Program-made: the position numbers and the translations under genes
Notes under the pieces: generated by a model
Told to the model about the DNA's origin: nothing
What the model saw: the letters and a program-made list of their open reading frames with translations, nothing else
The model's database searches: none
Shown here: positions 50,736 to 64,000 of the stretch, one piece after another
Numbering within the stretch: position 1 is the first letter of the stretch
How the letters are laid out: each line of letters starts with the position of its first letter
DNA from: Eledone cirrhosa
Taxonomy: Eukaryota
DNA length: 64,000 nucleotides
Assembly: GCA_964016885.1 (NCBI GenBank)
Contig: CAXHJY010001380.1
Coordinates: forward strand, 1-64,000
Reading direction: 5' to 3'

Positions 50736-51339
50736 CTTATAAATAATTCACTTAGGATTCTATCATTCCACAAGAATAAAATAACTATTGGTGCTCCTAC
50801 AAAAATACTGGTGGTAGCGTTGTAGTTGTCATATTTTTTGTGATTATTTGTTGCTGTTGTTATTGTAATTGTATTCTTATGGAACAGAGAGAGATGAAAT
50901 CCTGAGATATTGTATCACTTTGTTTCTTTCTTTGTTACTTACAAGACAAATGTGAAATGATCCTGATGTAAGAAGATGGACTGGTGTAGTGTAGTGAGGG
51001 GTATATCATTACAGTGTGATGTGATGTGTCCTTAGACAGTTGGTAGTGTAGAGTGATCTGTCATTTGACTGAGGGTAGTGTTGTGTGGAGTATTTCATAA
51101 GTGTGATGTGATCTGTCTTTAGAGTGGGAGTAGTATAGAGTGGGGTATATCATAACTGTGATGTCTTTAGAGTGGGGGTAGTATAATGTGGGTTATATCA
51201 TAACAGTGTGGTGACTGGGGTAGTGTAGTATGGGTATATTATTAAGGTGTGATGCAATATGTCTTTAAACTGGGTCCCATACTTTCATACTTATTATCAA
51301 AGCTAAACTATTATTACAGTGTAATGTCGAGCCGTTGTA

Positions 51340-51892
51340 ATATTTGTTCTGCCTCTTTATATTCTGGGTTCAATTCCTGCCAAGGTCAGCTTTGTCTTTC
51401 ATCCTTCCAGTGTCAATAAAGTACCAGTCATATACTGGAGTTGATCTATTCAAATTTGCCAACATTGTGCCTAAATTAGAAATCATTGGTGTAGTAGCAG
51501 TATTGGTAGTGTCAGACACCATGCTTTGCAGCATAGAGTTATAACCCTTTACTTTCTGAGTTCAAATCCTGCTGAGGTTAACTTTGCCTTTCATCCTTAT
51601 GGGGTCAATAAAATAAAGTACCAGTTTTGCACTGGGGTAATTGCTGGCCTGGTGTCAAAAATAGAAACAAGTATTACAGCATTATAATGTGATATGAAAG
51701 GGCAGTGGATTGGCAGTATCGGTAGCGGGTCGAACGCCATGCTTTGACTCATTGAGTTACGACCCTTGCCATTCTGAGTTCAAATCCCGGCAAGGTTAAC
51801 TTTGCCTTTCATCCTTACGGGGTCGATAAAATAAAGTACCAGTAATGTACTCGGTGATTGCTGGCCTCGTGCCAAAAGTAGAAACAATTATA
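51340..51892 (+). mobile_element. Three tandem SINE family B copies
   Basis: Repeated TTGCCTTTCATCCTT..ATAAAGTACCAG motifs. Confidence 0.8.
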
Positions 51893-51959
51893 ATGTGCTA
51901 TGTCTTAATATTAACTCGTGGAGGTTATTACTTAATATTAACTTGTTCAGTGTTGAAAT

Positions 51960-53230
51960 TGTTGTTACGGTTACAGTATTGAGCTATTTACTGCTGTATT
52001 GTAATTGTTGTATTGATATTGATGTTGTTGTTGTATTGATAGGTATTGATATTGGTGTTGTTACTGCTGTATTGATGTTGTTGTATTGGTGTTGTTTTGA
52101 TGTCACTGCCATATTGATGTTGCTGTCATTATTGTTATTGCTGTATTGTTCTGCTGCTGCTGTTGTTGTTAATCTGCTATCTGCAGCAACTGTTGTTGTT
52201 GTTGTTATTTTGATATGTGTTGTTGTTGCTGTTGTTGTTGTTGTTGTTCTGATATGAGCTGTTGTTATTTTGCTATCTGCTGCTGCTGCTGTTCTAATAT
52301 CTGCTGCTGTTATTGTCAGTGTCCTACGTGTTGTTGTTCTGCTATCTGCTGCTGTTGTTGTTCTGCGGTTGTTGTTCTGCTGTTGTTGTTCTGCTGTTGT
52401 TGTTCTGCTGTTGTTGTTCTGCTGTTGTTGTTCTGCTGTTGTTGTTCTGCTGTTGTTGTTGTTCTGTATCAGTGTAACCGACAGAAACAAAGTTTACCAT
52501 GGTAACCAAGACGTTTTAACAACTTCCAAAAATACTTCATCAATTGCAGTGATGGTAGTGGTCATAGCAATGTTGTTGTTGTTGGTATTGTAGTTAGTCC
52601 TGTTGTTGTTGTTAGTCATGGTGATGTTGGTGGTGGTGATGTTGATAGTGATGTTGGTGGTGGTGATGTTGATAGTGATGTTGGTGGTGGTGATGTTGAT
52701 AGTGATGGTGTGTAACAAACAGATATTGGTGGAATATTGGTGATGATAAAGTGTGGAGATAGATAAAACCTCCCTGGGGTGGGGAAGGGATATTCCAAGA
52801 GTTTACGAAAAAATAAAATCAAGAGAAAACCATGGTTTAGTTGGGCTGAAATATTTTTCAATGGATTTTTTTTGCTGTCATTTCCTGTTCTATCTCTTTA
52901 TATACCTCACTCTCTCCCTCTCTCTTTATATACCTCACTCTCTCCCTCTCTCTTTATAAACCTCATTCTCTCCCTCTCTCTTTATATACCTCACTCTCTT
53001 TATATACCTCACTCTCTCGCATCTTTATAAACCTCATTTGCTCCTGTTATCTCTCTCTATATAACTTACTCTCTCCCCTCTCTCTATACCTCACTCTACC
53101 CCATCTCTATATACCTCACTCCCTCCATCTCTCTCTATATACCTCACTCTCTCCCATAATCTCTCTCTCTATTTCTCACCCTCTCTCTATATTTCTCACA
53201 TACACACTATATATATATTTCACCTTCTCT
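51960..53230. repeat. Low-complexity (GTT/GCT)n and TATACCTCACTCTC repeats
   Basis: Simple trinucleotide and short tandem arrays. Confidence 0.8.
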
Positions 53231-54104
53231 TTATATTTCCCACTTCCTCTCTTATCTTTCACACTTTCCCTCTCTCCAGTAATTACATTATCACACCACC
53301 ATTAATAACAAGAATAATTAGAGGTTCAGGGAAATTAATACTACTACTGCTATTACTACTACCAACAACAACAACAACAACAATAATAATAATAATTAAA
53401 AAGAAAAACATTTAAAACTAAAAAAAGACTTGTTTTGTTTTATTTATTTATTTAGCAAGAGCGGGGGGGGGGGGGGGGCCTAAAATGGTACTTCCTGTTC
53501 ATGAAGTGAGGACAAGGGTTGGTGGACAAGGATTTGGTAGTGTGAGTAATTGGCTGTGTAGGAGGCAGACATTTATTTTCATAAATTATTGTTTAATCCA
53601 CACTGGTATTTTCAGCAGAGTTCATGTGACATAACTACAACATAATGCTGATTTCTAATTTAGGCACAAGGCCAGCAATTTGGGAAGATGAGAAAGGAGG
53701 GGGATGTAGAGGGGAGGGTGAAATAGACTACATCAACCCCAGTACTTGACTGGTACTTTATTTTATTGACCCAAGGAAGGATGACATGTAAAGTTGACCA
53801 CGGCAGAGTTTTAACACACAACACAAAAAGCTGGAACAAATACTGCAAAGCATTTTATCCAACACTAACTATTCTGTCAATCCTCCTCCAACAACAACAA
53901 AGATAGCTCTCCTTCAAAAGACTGCCTTTTGAGGGCACTACACATATACTCACAAAAGTGCTGTCTGTCAGGGGTCTTTATTGAGATTAGGCAGACTGTA
54001 GGAGATTCAGTAATAATATTTACTGTGCAAACCACCAATAATAATTGAAGAACCCCACAGTTCTACAACCACCCTAAACCACCAATCAGTTGTAGCCATT
54101 TTCA

Positions 54105-54830
54105 CAATTTTCAACCACCTTCAGGTAAATTCACTGGAGGAGAGCATGCTCCTTCTCCACCCTCACCTTCCTTTCCAGGTGAAACTTGAAAAAGAGATTG
54201 ACTGAAGAGGAATGTGTCTATCTTCAGACTTTCAGTCATGTCCGCCATACAACCTCTTTCACCATAGTCACCTAACATAAGAAAAATACTTGCTCTTCCA
54301 TGTTAAAGGAGGGTGACAGGGCGATCTTCATGATGGGCTCCGTCCTACATGTAACAACAGCTTTTCAACATAACTCTACAAGGTAGCAATAGGGCATTGA
54401 ATGAGTGCATGCATGAAAACTTTGTTGCTCTGCGTGCATCTCCAACAAACCCATCTGTGACCATTTCCATGACTGTAGAGTTTACCTTGAACTGTAACTG
54501 CCAATGCCAGAGATTTCTGGAAATTATCCATGGTACCCAGGTCAAAATTCCTCTGAGCTAGACCAACATTTAAGACTTCCCTAGGAATGTCAACACACTT
54601 CCCCATTAATGATTTTCAATAGAGTGCTAATGTAGACTGGTGGAGAGCTTTAAGCAACTAATAACATTCTAGATGCCAGGCAACATGCCTGGGTCTTTTC
54701 TTCACCAACAACAAAGACTAGATAACCATGGTGTGTGAGACGCATTAGACTGGGTGTTGAACCTGCAGAAGATTTTCTATGTATTTCATCACAGTACTGC
54801 CTCCCTGTTCTAACAGGATCAACTGTAGGT
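54105..54830 (-). mobile_element. Decayed Tx1-like LINE ORF2 3' fragment
   Basis: Encodes 'GTMDNFQKSLA', matching GPMDNFQKSLAWQ in the 27058 ORF2. Frameshifted. Confidence 0.7.
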
Positions 54831-54981
54831 TACTCAACAACAGTAGCACAACATTAAGATAACAACAACAACAGAACTGCAACAACAATAATAACAACTA
54901 CATCAGCTATAATACGGAAATGTAACCAATACACATTCCAAGATAATAACTCTAATTATTAGTAACTAAAATAAGCCAATC

Positions 54982-55012
<31 letters not shown>

Positions 55013-55029
55013 GTGTATACATGTGTGAG

Positions 55030-55061
<32 letters not shown>

Positions 55062-55531
55062 TATACATGTGTGAGTATATATATCTCTCTCTATATATAT
55101 ATATATATATAATGTGTGAGTATATATATATATATATATATATACATATATATACATGTGTGAGTATATATATATATATATATATATATAGGAATGAGTA
55201 GGACCCGGACAGCTGAGCTCAAGCCGTTTCGACGGCTAATTCTGGTTCCTTACCACATTTCCTTTGTTATATATATATATATATATATACATACATATAC
55301 ACACATATATATACATATATATATATATACACATATATATACATACATATACATACATATACATATTTATATACATATACATATTTATATACATACATAC
55401 ATATATATATATATATACATACATACATATACATACACATATTTATATGCATACATACATGTATTTATATACATACATATATATATACATACATATACAT
55501 ACATATACATACATACATATACACACATATA

Positions 55532-55579
<48 letters not shown>

Positions 55580-55739
55580 CACACATATATATATATATAT
55601 ACATACATATATATACACATGTATATACATATACATACATATATATACATATATATACATACATACATTAATATACACATATATATACATATATACATAT
55701 ATATATACATATATATACATACATATATATACATATATA

Positions 55740-56012
55740 CATCATCATCATCATCACCGTTTTACGTCCGTTCTTCCACGCTAGCATGGGTTAGACGGGT
55801 TGTCCTGTTGTGGGCAGTGTCTGGTCGGCTGACCATGCCTTGCTCATACAGGAACTGATTTGGCTTGATTTCTACAGCTGGATGCCCTTCCTAACACCAA
55901 CCTCATTTACAGTGAGTGCTGGGTGCTTTTTCGTGGCGCCTACACGTCCACTTTACAGTGTGGGCTGGGTGCTTTTTTGCCGTGGCACCTCCACGACCAC
56001 CTTGCAGTGGGG
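55740..56012 (-). mobile_element. SINE family A 3' part (tail variant 2)
   Basis: Matches 46850-47073. Confidence 0.8.
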
Positions 56013-56039
56013 GGTGTGGGGGCATATTGTCTATATGCT

Positions 56040-56545
56040 TCAGCTTGTACCCATGGGAGGTCGGGTACTCTGTATTACTACGTGACGCCAGAAGTCACGG
56101 TCGTGTGTCATTGTCTTTGAGAGGTGCAATTGGGTAAGGTCGGCTTTTATCACCTCATCCCAGGTCATCTTGGGTCTCCCCACTCCGCGGTTTCCATCAA
56201 CTTCTAGTGCTCTGCACCTTTTTATGCAGCTGTCATCCTTCATACGCATCACATGTCCATACCAGCGCAACCGCCTCTCCTGCACACAGCATTTGATTCC
56301 TCTTATGCTCAGTCTCTCTCTCAATTCATTTATGCTTTGTCGTTCACGTATATTACTGTTACACATCCATCGGAGCATACAGGCTTCGTTTCTCTCTAAT
56401 CTACGTAAGTCTTCCACCTTCAGCGCCCAGGTCTCACTACCATGCAACATCGCTGTTCGGATACACGCATCATACAGTCTGCCTTTCATTCTGAGGGAGA
56501 AGCCTTTTGCAGCTAGCAGTGGTAGTAGTTCCCTAAACTTCTTCC
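56040..56545 (-). mobile_element. RTE-clade LINE 3' fragment
   Basis: [23 protein letters not shown] motifs. Confidence 0.88.
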
Positions 56546-56599
56546 TATATCTATGTTTATATTTAGGAAGAAAATTTAAAAAGAAAAAAGGTGAAGGAA

Positions 56600-59347
56600 T
56601 CTAATGATTTATCGACAGGTTTCATATATTAACTAAATTACTTAATTAATTATACTACATTTTAAATTTATATTTATATTTAAACATTGAGTTTAATCTA
56701 TGTCTGCAGCAACTGAATAAATTATTCCTTAAATTAAGGGAATTTTGGGACTTTAATATAAAGAATATTTCTTCAATACAAAGATCACAATTTTCTGAAG
56801 AGGAATTAAAAGGAGTAGCTTTTGAAATAATATTCCAAGTCATCGAATATTTAACATTATCTCGTTTTAGGTCCCATAGTAGGCTAGATAGCGAAGTTGA
56901 AGATTTTTTGTTTGGATCTGTGAAAGCATTTTTATGATTATTGAAGCGAAATTTAAATTCTGTAGAGGTAGAACCGACATAGTTAAATGAATTTAAATTA
57001 CAATTGTACACTACATTTTTAGCTAAGCAGTTGTTATTTAACGGACAGTTAGATTTATTTCTACAGTTACAGTTATTCAATTGAATATTGCTTGGGTTAT
57101 TATTGGTATTTTGGTTAGGTTTTAAGTTTCTATTATTAATTCTATTAATATTTTGTGCTAAATTTTTGGTGGACGAGTAAGTTAATTTTATAGTATGTCT
57201 ATTAAAAATTGAGTAATATTTATGTGTTCTAGGGAAGCGTTTGTCAAGAGCTTTAAAAAATAGTTTAGCAATAGGGGTTTTAATATTTAGTGAGAAAGGG
57301 GGAGCAAACCATAATATATTTCTAGTTCTATTTCTTTTTCGGCTTTTGGAATTATTGTAATGTTTTCTATTATAGTTGATAAAGTTGTTACCATAATTAA
57401 AATTGTTATTATTTTGGTTAGTTTGCTTATTATTATTATTATCGATGTATTTAATTTTATTTCTATATCCAGCTCTATCTAACGCTTCGTTGTAATACTG
57501 CGCTTTTTCATCAAATATATTTTTATTAGATGAAATTCTTGAAATTCGTTCTTGAACAGAGTTCACTATAGTATTTTTAACAGATCTGGGGTGATTAGAG
57601 TTAAAATTAACATAATTCAAGTTCTCATTTAGTTTGTGAAATGGATAATGAAGACATGTGTTGAGATTTAGTATTACATCTAGAAAATTGACTATTTTAT
57701 GGTTATTCTCTATTTCTACTTTTAGATTAAGGTAATTAAAAAATTGTATAATTTGTTTTCTTTTTCTATTTAGTTCACAGCTATTATTTTCTATAAGTAA
57801 AAGCATGTCGTCACGATATAAGCCTCCGGTTACACCTGGTATTTTTCTATGTAGCGAATTAATTATAAATAGGCCCACAAGGTCCGTTACCTGAGCTGAG
57901 TCTGATGATCCCATAGTTATGTCGAAATTATTATTTCTATCTGCCCTAGTCCAGAGTTGGTGATTAAATTCTATCAATGTTTTCCTTGCCGATAATATAA
58001 TGTGCATTTCATTGCTAGTTAGGTCTGTATGTTTAAATGCGTAATTTAGTGCCTTATTCAGTAGATTAGGAGTGATAGATGAATAGTAGTTAGCAATATC
58101 CAGCTGAATAAACTTATTATTATAGTTATATTTAATTTCTTTAAACCAATCGATAACCTCACTAGTCCCTTTTCATAATTTTAAGTAAGATAAATTAGGT
58201 AAGTTTTTAATTTGTTGTATTACTCTGTCAAGAATATTTTTGCTAAGTTTGCCCAGGTCAGATTTAGATGGTGCAATTAATCTGACTGGTAAATCATTTT
58301 CAAAGTTTCTTTTGTGATTCTTCATATTGATCTTAGGTTTCCTTGGCATGAAGAGTTGTGTTTTATTCTCAATGTCTAATTCATGCATTATACAAGATGC
58401 ATCTGTATTCAGTTTTTCAAGTTCGTCCTTATTTGCTACCTTGTACTTTTTCCTTAGTTCCTTCAATATAAGGTCGTTATAAATGTCCTTTTGTATTCCG
58501 TAAAGATTATTAGTTTTGTCCGACTTCACTAGAATTTTCTCTGTTTTCTCCAAGTTTTCAATATTATCCTTAATACTTCTTAAGTAATCCTGGCCTTTGA
58601 AGTTTTTTTTGAATTTGATGCCTTGGATGATAGATATATCATTTTCAAAATCCATTAGTAGTTTGTTGGGGTTGGATTTTTTTTAGATTTGAAAATTTTA
58701 TCCAGATTTGAAACATTTTCATTTAGATTAGATTTATCAAAGTGGAAAGCACGCCACCTGATTCTTCTTATAAAAGAGTCTGATTTTTCTATTAATTGTT
58801 TAATAAAATCTTTGTTCCGAGGTAGAGGTATGTCTTTTAGAGAAGAAGAGATCTTAAAGAATTCCATTTTTTCAGTTATAATGTAAAGCGCTCAACAATG
58901 CAGGAGCAGAATATATGCAAAAGTTCTATTTAAATTGTTGGGATACAACAAGTAAATATTTTTATAACTACTATAAAGCACTCGACAAGTATTTGGAGTT
59001 TTTTTTCTTTCTCTCCGTCTTTTTCTAATTGTCCTTAACACTTAGACTTATTAAAATAATATAAACAATTCACTATCCAGATGGCCTCCAAAAATAATGG
59101 TTGCATTTTAAAAGGGTACGTCAAAGCTTATTTGTAAAACTGTTATATATTGTATTTTGTCTGATGAAGGAATACCATAATTTAATTTGGTATCCCTGAA
59201 ATATGTATAATGAAATAAATATGGTTTTATAAATATAGTTTCCATTTATTAATATCGTATATCTACTCCAAATACTTGTCGAGTGCTTTATATCAGTTAT
59301 AAAAAGATTCACCCGCTGAATCCCAACAATTTAAATAGAACTTTTGC

Positions 59348-59352
<5 letters not shown>
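56600..59352 (-). mobile_element. Penelope-like element (RT + GIY-YIG endonuclease), frameshifted, with inverted pseudo-LTR
   Basis: ORF pieces 58867-58655, 58655-58173 and ~58170-56655. Motifs RRIRWRAFHF, KSDKT, MGS, LYRDD, FLDV, VVY..YVGST, CDLC..CCRH. Inverted repeat 58912-59000/59265-59352. Hammerhead. Confidence 0.9.
59153..59218 (+). ncRNA. Minimal type I hammerhead ribozyme in Penelope pseudo-LTR
   Basis: TATTTTGT-CTGATGA-AGGAATACCA/TGGTATCCCT-GAAA-TATGTA-TA-ATGAAATA. Confidence 0.72.
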
Positions 59353-59378
<26 letters not shown>

Positions 59379-59604
59379 TGCATATATGCAAGCGTGGAAC
59401 ATGGACGTTAAACGATGATGATGATATATGTATATATATATATGTATATATATGTATATATGTATATATATATATGTATATATATATATGTATATATATA
59501 TATATGTATATGTATATATATATATGTATATATATATATGTATATATATATATGTATATATGTATATATATATGTATATATATATGTATACATATATATA
59601 TATG

Positions 59605-59756
59605 TATCATCATTTCATTTTACGTCCACTTTTTCCCTGCTTGCAAGGGTGGGACGGGAACTGATTCTGGCTTGATTTCTACAGCTGGATGCCCTTCCTA
59701 ACACCAACCTCATTTACAGTGAGTGCTGGGTGTTTTTTTGCCGTGGCACCTCCACA
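59605..59756 (-). mobile_element. SINE family A 3' fragment (tail variant 1)
   Basis: Matches 2874-3016. Confidence 0.8.
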
Positions 59757-60713
59757 TGTATATATATATGTATATATATATGTATACATATATATATATA
59801 TATATGTATATCATCATATATATATATATACACATATACATATATATACATATACATACACATATATATACATATATACATATATATATACATATATATA
59901 TATACATACAGACATATATATACATATATATGGTGGCTGCCAACTCGTTTTCGAGTACGGCCACTACTTTATATCCATGTAGGAGAACCCCTACCGATGT
60001 GCTGAACGAGTGTGACTTTTTAGTCCAGCCAGCGACTTGAAAACTCTGGTACAAACTCTACACTTGTGACAATTATTGACACATAGTGCTGGGCCCATGG
60101 TACCATGTGATGCCAAGTGCAAGATCTCCAGATATAAAGCAATGCCTGCGCCGTGAAGCTTTTATAGTGAGCAAAAGCACTGCACAAAGCCAGTCCCACT
60201 CTCTATATCATCATCATCTAACGTCCATCTTCCACGCTTGCATGGGTTTGGATGGGAGTTTTCCCACTTGAAGCAAGATTGGTTGTCCTGCTCGTATAGG
60301 ACTCTGGCGGGTTTTCTACGGCTGGATGTCCTTCCTAACACCAACCACGTTTACAGTGTGGACTGGGAGGTTTTTACTGTGTTACCTACATGGCCACATT
60401 ACAGCGTGGACTGTGTGTTTTTTGTCGTGACACCTACACGTCTGGCGGGTTTTCTACGGCTGGGTGCCCTTCCCAACACCAACCACGTTTACAGTGTGTC
60501 TGGAGGTTTTTACCGTGTTACCTATACGGCCACATTACAGCGTGGACTGTTTTTTTTTTGTCGTGACACCTACACAACATCATTTGTTTCGAACAGGATG
60601 TTGTGGTACCAACATAACTTCACATTTAAGGGGGTGGTGTGGATGGGTGGGGGTAGTGGGACGGGGGTGTATTTTGTTAGAGGTGCCTACTGACTGTAGG
60701 TTTCGCTTTGTAC

Positions 60714-60862
60714 TTAGACAAGGCGGGTCTTCTGTATAACTGTGTAGCGCCAAAGATCTCGGTCCAGTGACATTGTCTTGGAGAGGTGTAAGTGTGTGAG
60801 GTCGGAATTTATCAAGTCGTCCCAGGTTTTTCTGGGTCTGCCTACTCCGTGGCTACCATCTA
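60714..60862 (-). mobile_element. RTE LINE short 3' fragment
   Basis: [15 protein letters not shown]...DRDLWR. Confidence 0.75.
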
Positions 60863-62635
60863 TTTTTATATATATATATACATATACACATATATATACA
60901 TATATATACATATACATATATATGCATATATATACATATACATATACATATATATACATATACATATATATACATATACATATATATACATATATATACA
61001 TATACATATATATACATATACATATATATACATATACATATATATACATATATATACATATACATATATATACATATATATACATATACATCTATATACA
61101 TATACATATATATACATATATATACATATATATACATATACATATATACACACATACATATATAGACATATACATATATATACATATATATACATATAAC
61201 GAAGGAAATGTGGTAAGGAACCAGGTGGACCATAACGCACCAAAGTACTCAATACTTAGGGTAGTAGAGTGGGTAATAGGAACGAGTAGGACCCCGACGG
61301 CAGAGCTCAAGCCGTTTCGACGGCTAATTCTGGACTAAATGAAAATTTTTATCCTGGTATATGAATAGCCGAGCTTCTCAGGGGGTAATTCCATATATGG
61401 TAAAAGTGATTGTCACAAGGATTGGTCAAAAGTTTGTTGTTGAGACACATAAGTCTATCATGGCAATTTGTGGAAGGAAGGGGTAGCTGAACCTGCCAAT
61501 AGAAGAGGGAGAGGGAGTGGAGGAAGCCCAGTCGTGTGTTGATAGTGCCAACTACAGCAGGGCAGGAGGTCAAGCAAGTATACTAGGGAGGGGGAGGAAG
61601 TCGAAACAATAAGTAAATCAATATAGAAGAATACCAAGAATGTTAAAAATATTAAAAAAAACAATTTCTGGTTACTATTCCCTAACGACAGTCATAAAGT
61701 CTCTCACTGGTACTGCTAAACTATAGAAAAGTTTACTAGGTGGGATGGAATTGTAATGAGACCATTTTAAGAGTTAGTAGTAATCAACCGAGTATATCTT
61801 TTACCCCAAAAACATAAATACTGATACACGAGAAATTAAAGCAGAGATACCACTAAGAAATGTAGAAAGCACGGAAAAGGGGCAGCCATCGAATAAGAAA
61901 GCAAGTATCTGGGGTCTATCACATCTGCTATAAAAAGCGGAGTCGGCCAATTCTATCATAGGATGGGGGTGGGGGTACTGAGGCTACAAAGGACCGAGGG
62001 GCTGCCTCGGGTGGGCGAGAAAATGAAAAGGACGACGACAAAGAAAGAGGACTGGGGAGGAAGGACTAGGAAGGGATGGGGGGAAGAAGGAAATATAGAG
62101 GAAACGATAAAAAGATATAAAAGAAAATCTTACTTCTACCTTTGCAAGCAGGGGTTAGCCATTACAAAGTCGGCAAGTGGGGTGTTACAGCCCTTGTCTA
62201 CTCCCCCGGGTCATTATGGGGTTTGAGGGCGAGGTAAGTACTACGCAATCTGTGTTTGCATGCAGTTACCAGTTCGTCTTTCTTGTTTAGGAGTTGGTCC
62301 GTCGAAAACAGCATTTGTAAAGTTTCCTCCGAGCATAAATTCTAAACCTCTTACAAACAGACAGAATATATTAGATCTTTGTTGGTTTTATTCAATGAAC
62401 AAATAAAATTATTTCTGAGGTCAGCATAAGACCTATTTCTTCCCTAAAATAATCCTTCATTCATAATATTCTTTTCCATCCAAAACTGAAATCTACCTTC
62501 CTCTACCCATAATTTAAGGTTCTTCTAATACTATATTACTATCTTGACCCTCACTATCTCCTGATTGGTCAATTCAAAACCTGTTCCCAAACAGACCTAT
62601 TGTATTGAATCTTTGTTATTTTCAATAAACAAATA

Positions 62636-62777
62636 TCATTATTTCTGAAGACAGCATATATATGTGTAGGTATGTATATTCCCTCTGATAGTTTGTATAA
62701 ATATTGTACATAGATCTATAGAATATGCATACCAACTCTAACACATATGTATCCTAGAAACGATCGTAAAATGATGA
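62636..62777 (+). ncRNA. Minimal type I hammerhead ribozyme with ~105-nt stem II
   Basis: Stem I TCATTATTT/AAATGATGA, CTGAAGA, stem II including GGTATGTATATTC/GAATATGCATACC, GAAA, palindromic CGATCG, TA. Confidence 0.7.
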
Positions 62778-62830
62778 ATTTTTTTTAATATAAGGAACTG
62801 TTTCTTCGTTTATTCATTATTTTATTAATT

Positions 62831-64000
<1,170 letters not shown>

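Noticed and set aside
51984-52718. Gln/Asn/Thr-rich ORFs as formin N-terminal exons
   Set aside because: Simple trinucleotide repeats with no convincing splice or homology support.
59995-60056. Possible hammerhead CTGAACGA...GAAACTCTGGTA
   Set aside because: The core has an extra base and stems I and II are weak.

Overview
Eukaryotic (animal) genomic DNA, extremely rich in (TA)n/(TATACA)n microsatellites, SINEs, LINEs and MITEs. The repeat landscape suggests a coleoid cephalopod such as Octopus (inference only). The only host gene found is a minus-strand formin of the FMN1/FMN2/cappuccino subfamily. I traced 15 phase-consistent GT-AG exons from 48886 down to 17573, covering the conserved 'GLKYTEAE' region, the poly-proline FH1 domain and most of FH2. 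The last exon(s) were not found and probably lie left of the window. The introns and flanks hold a Tx1/L1-clade LINE with an intact ORF2 and TSD, CR1-like and RTE LINE fragments, Penelope-like elements, Tc1/mariner, pogo, hAT-like and piggyBac-type MITEs, two tRNA-derived SINE families and several minisatellites. Highlights: (1) a 707-nt, hairpin-rich, non-coding, terminally redundant element with a canonical hammerhead ribozyme, resembling a retrozyme or circular-RNA-derived insertion; (2) six further hammerhead motifs; (3) a ~4.4-kb minisatellite whose 23-bp unit is a formin exon end plus its 5' splice site; (4) a duplication-inversion that created a decoy exon enclosed by inverted repeats. 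Nearly all long 'YIYI' ORFs in the track are microsatellite artefacts.
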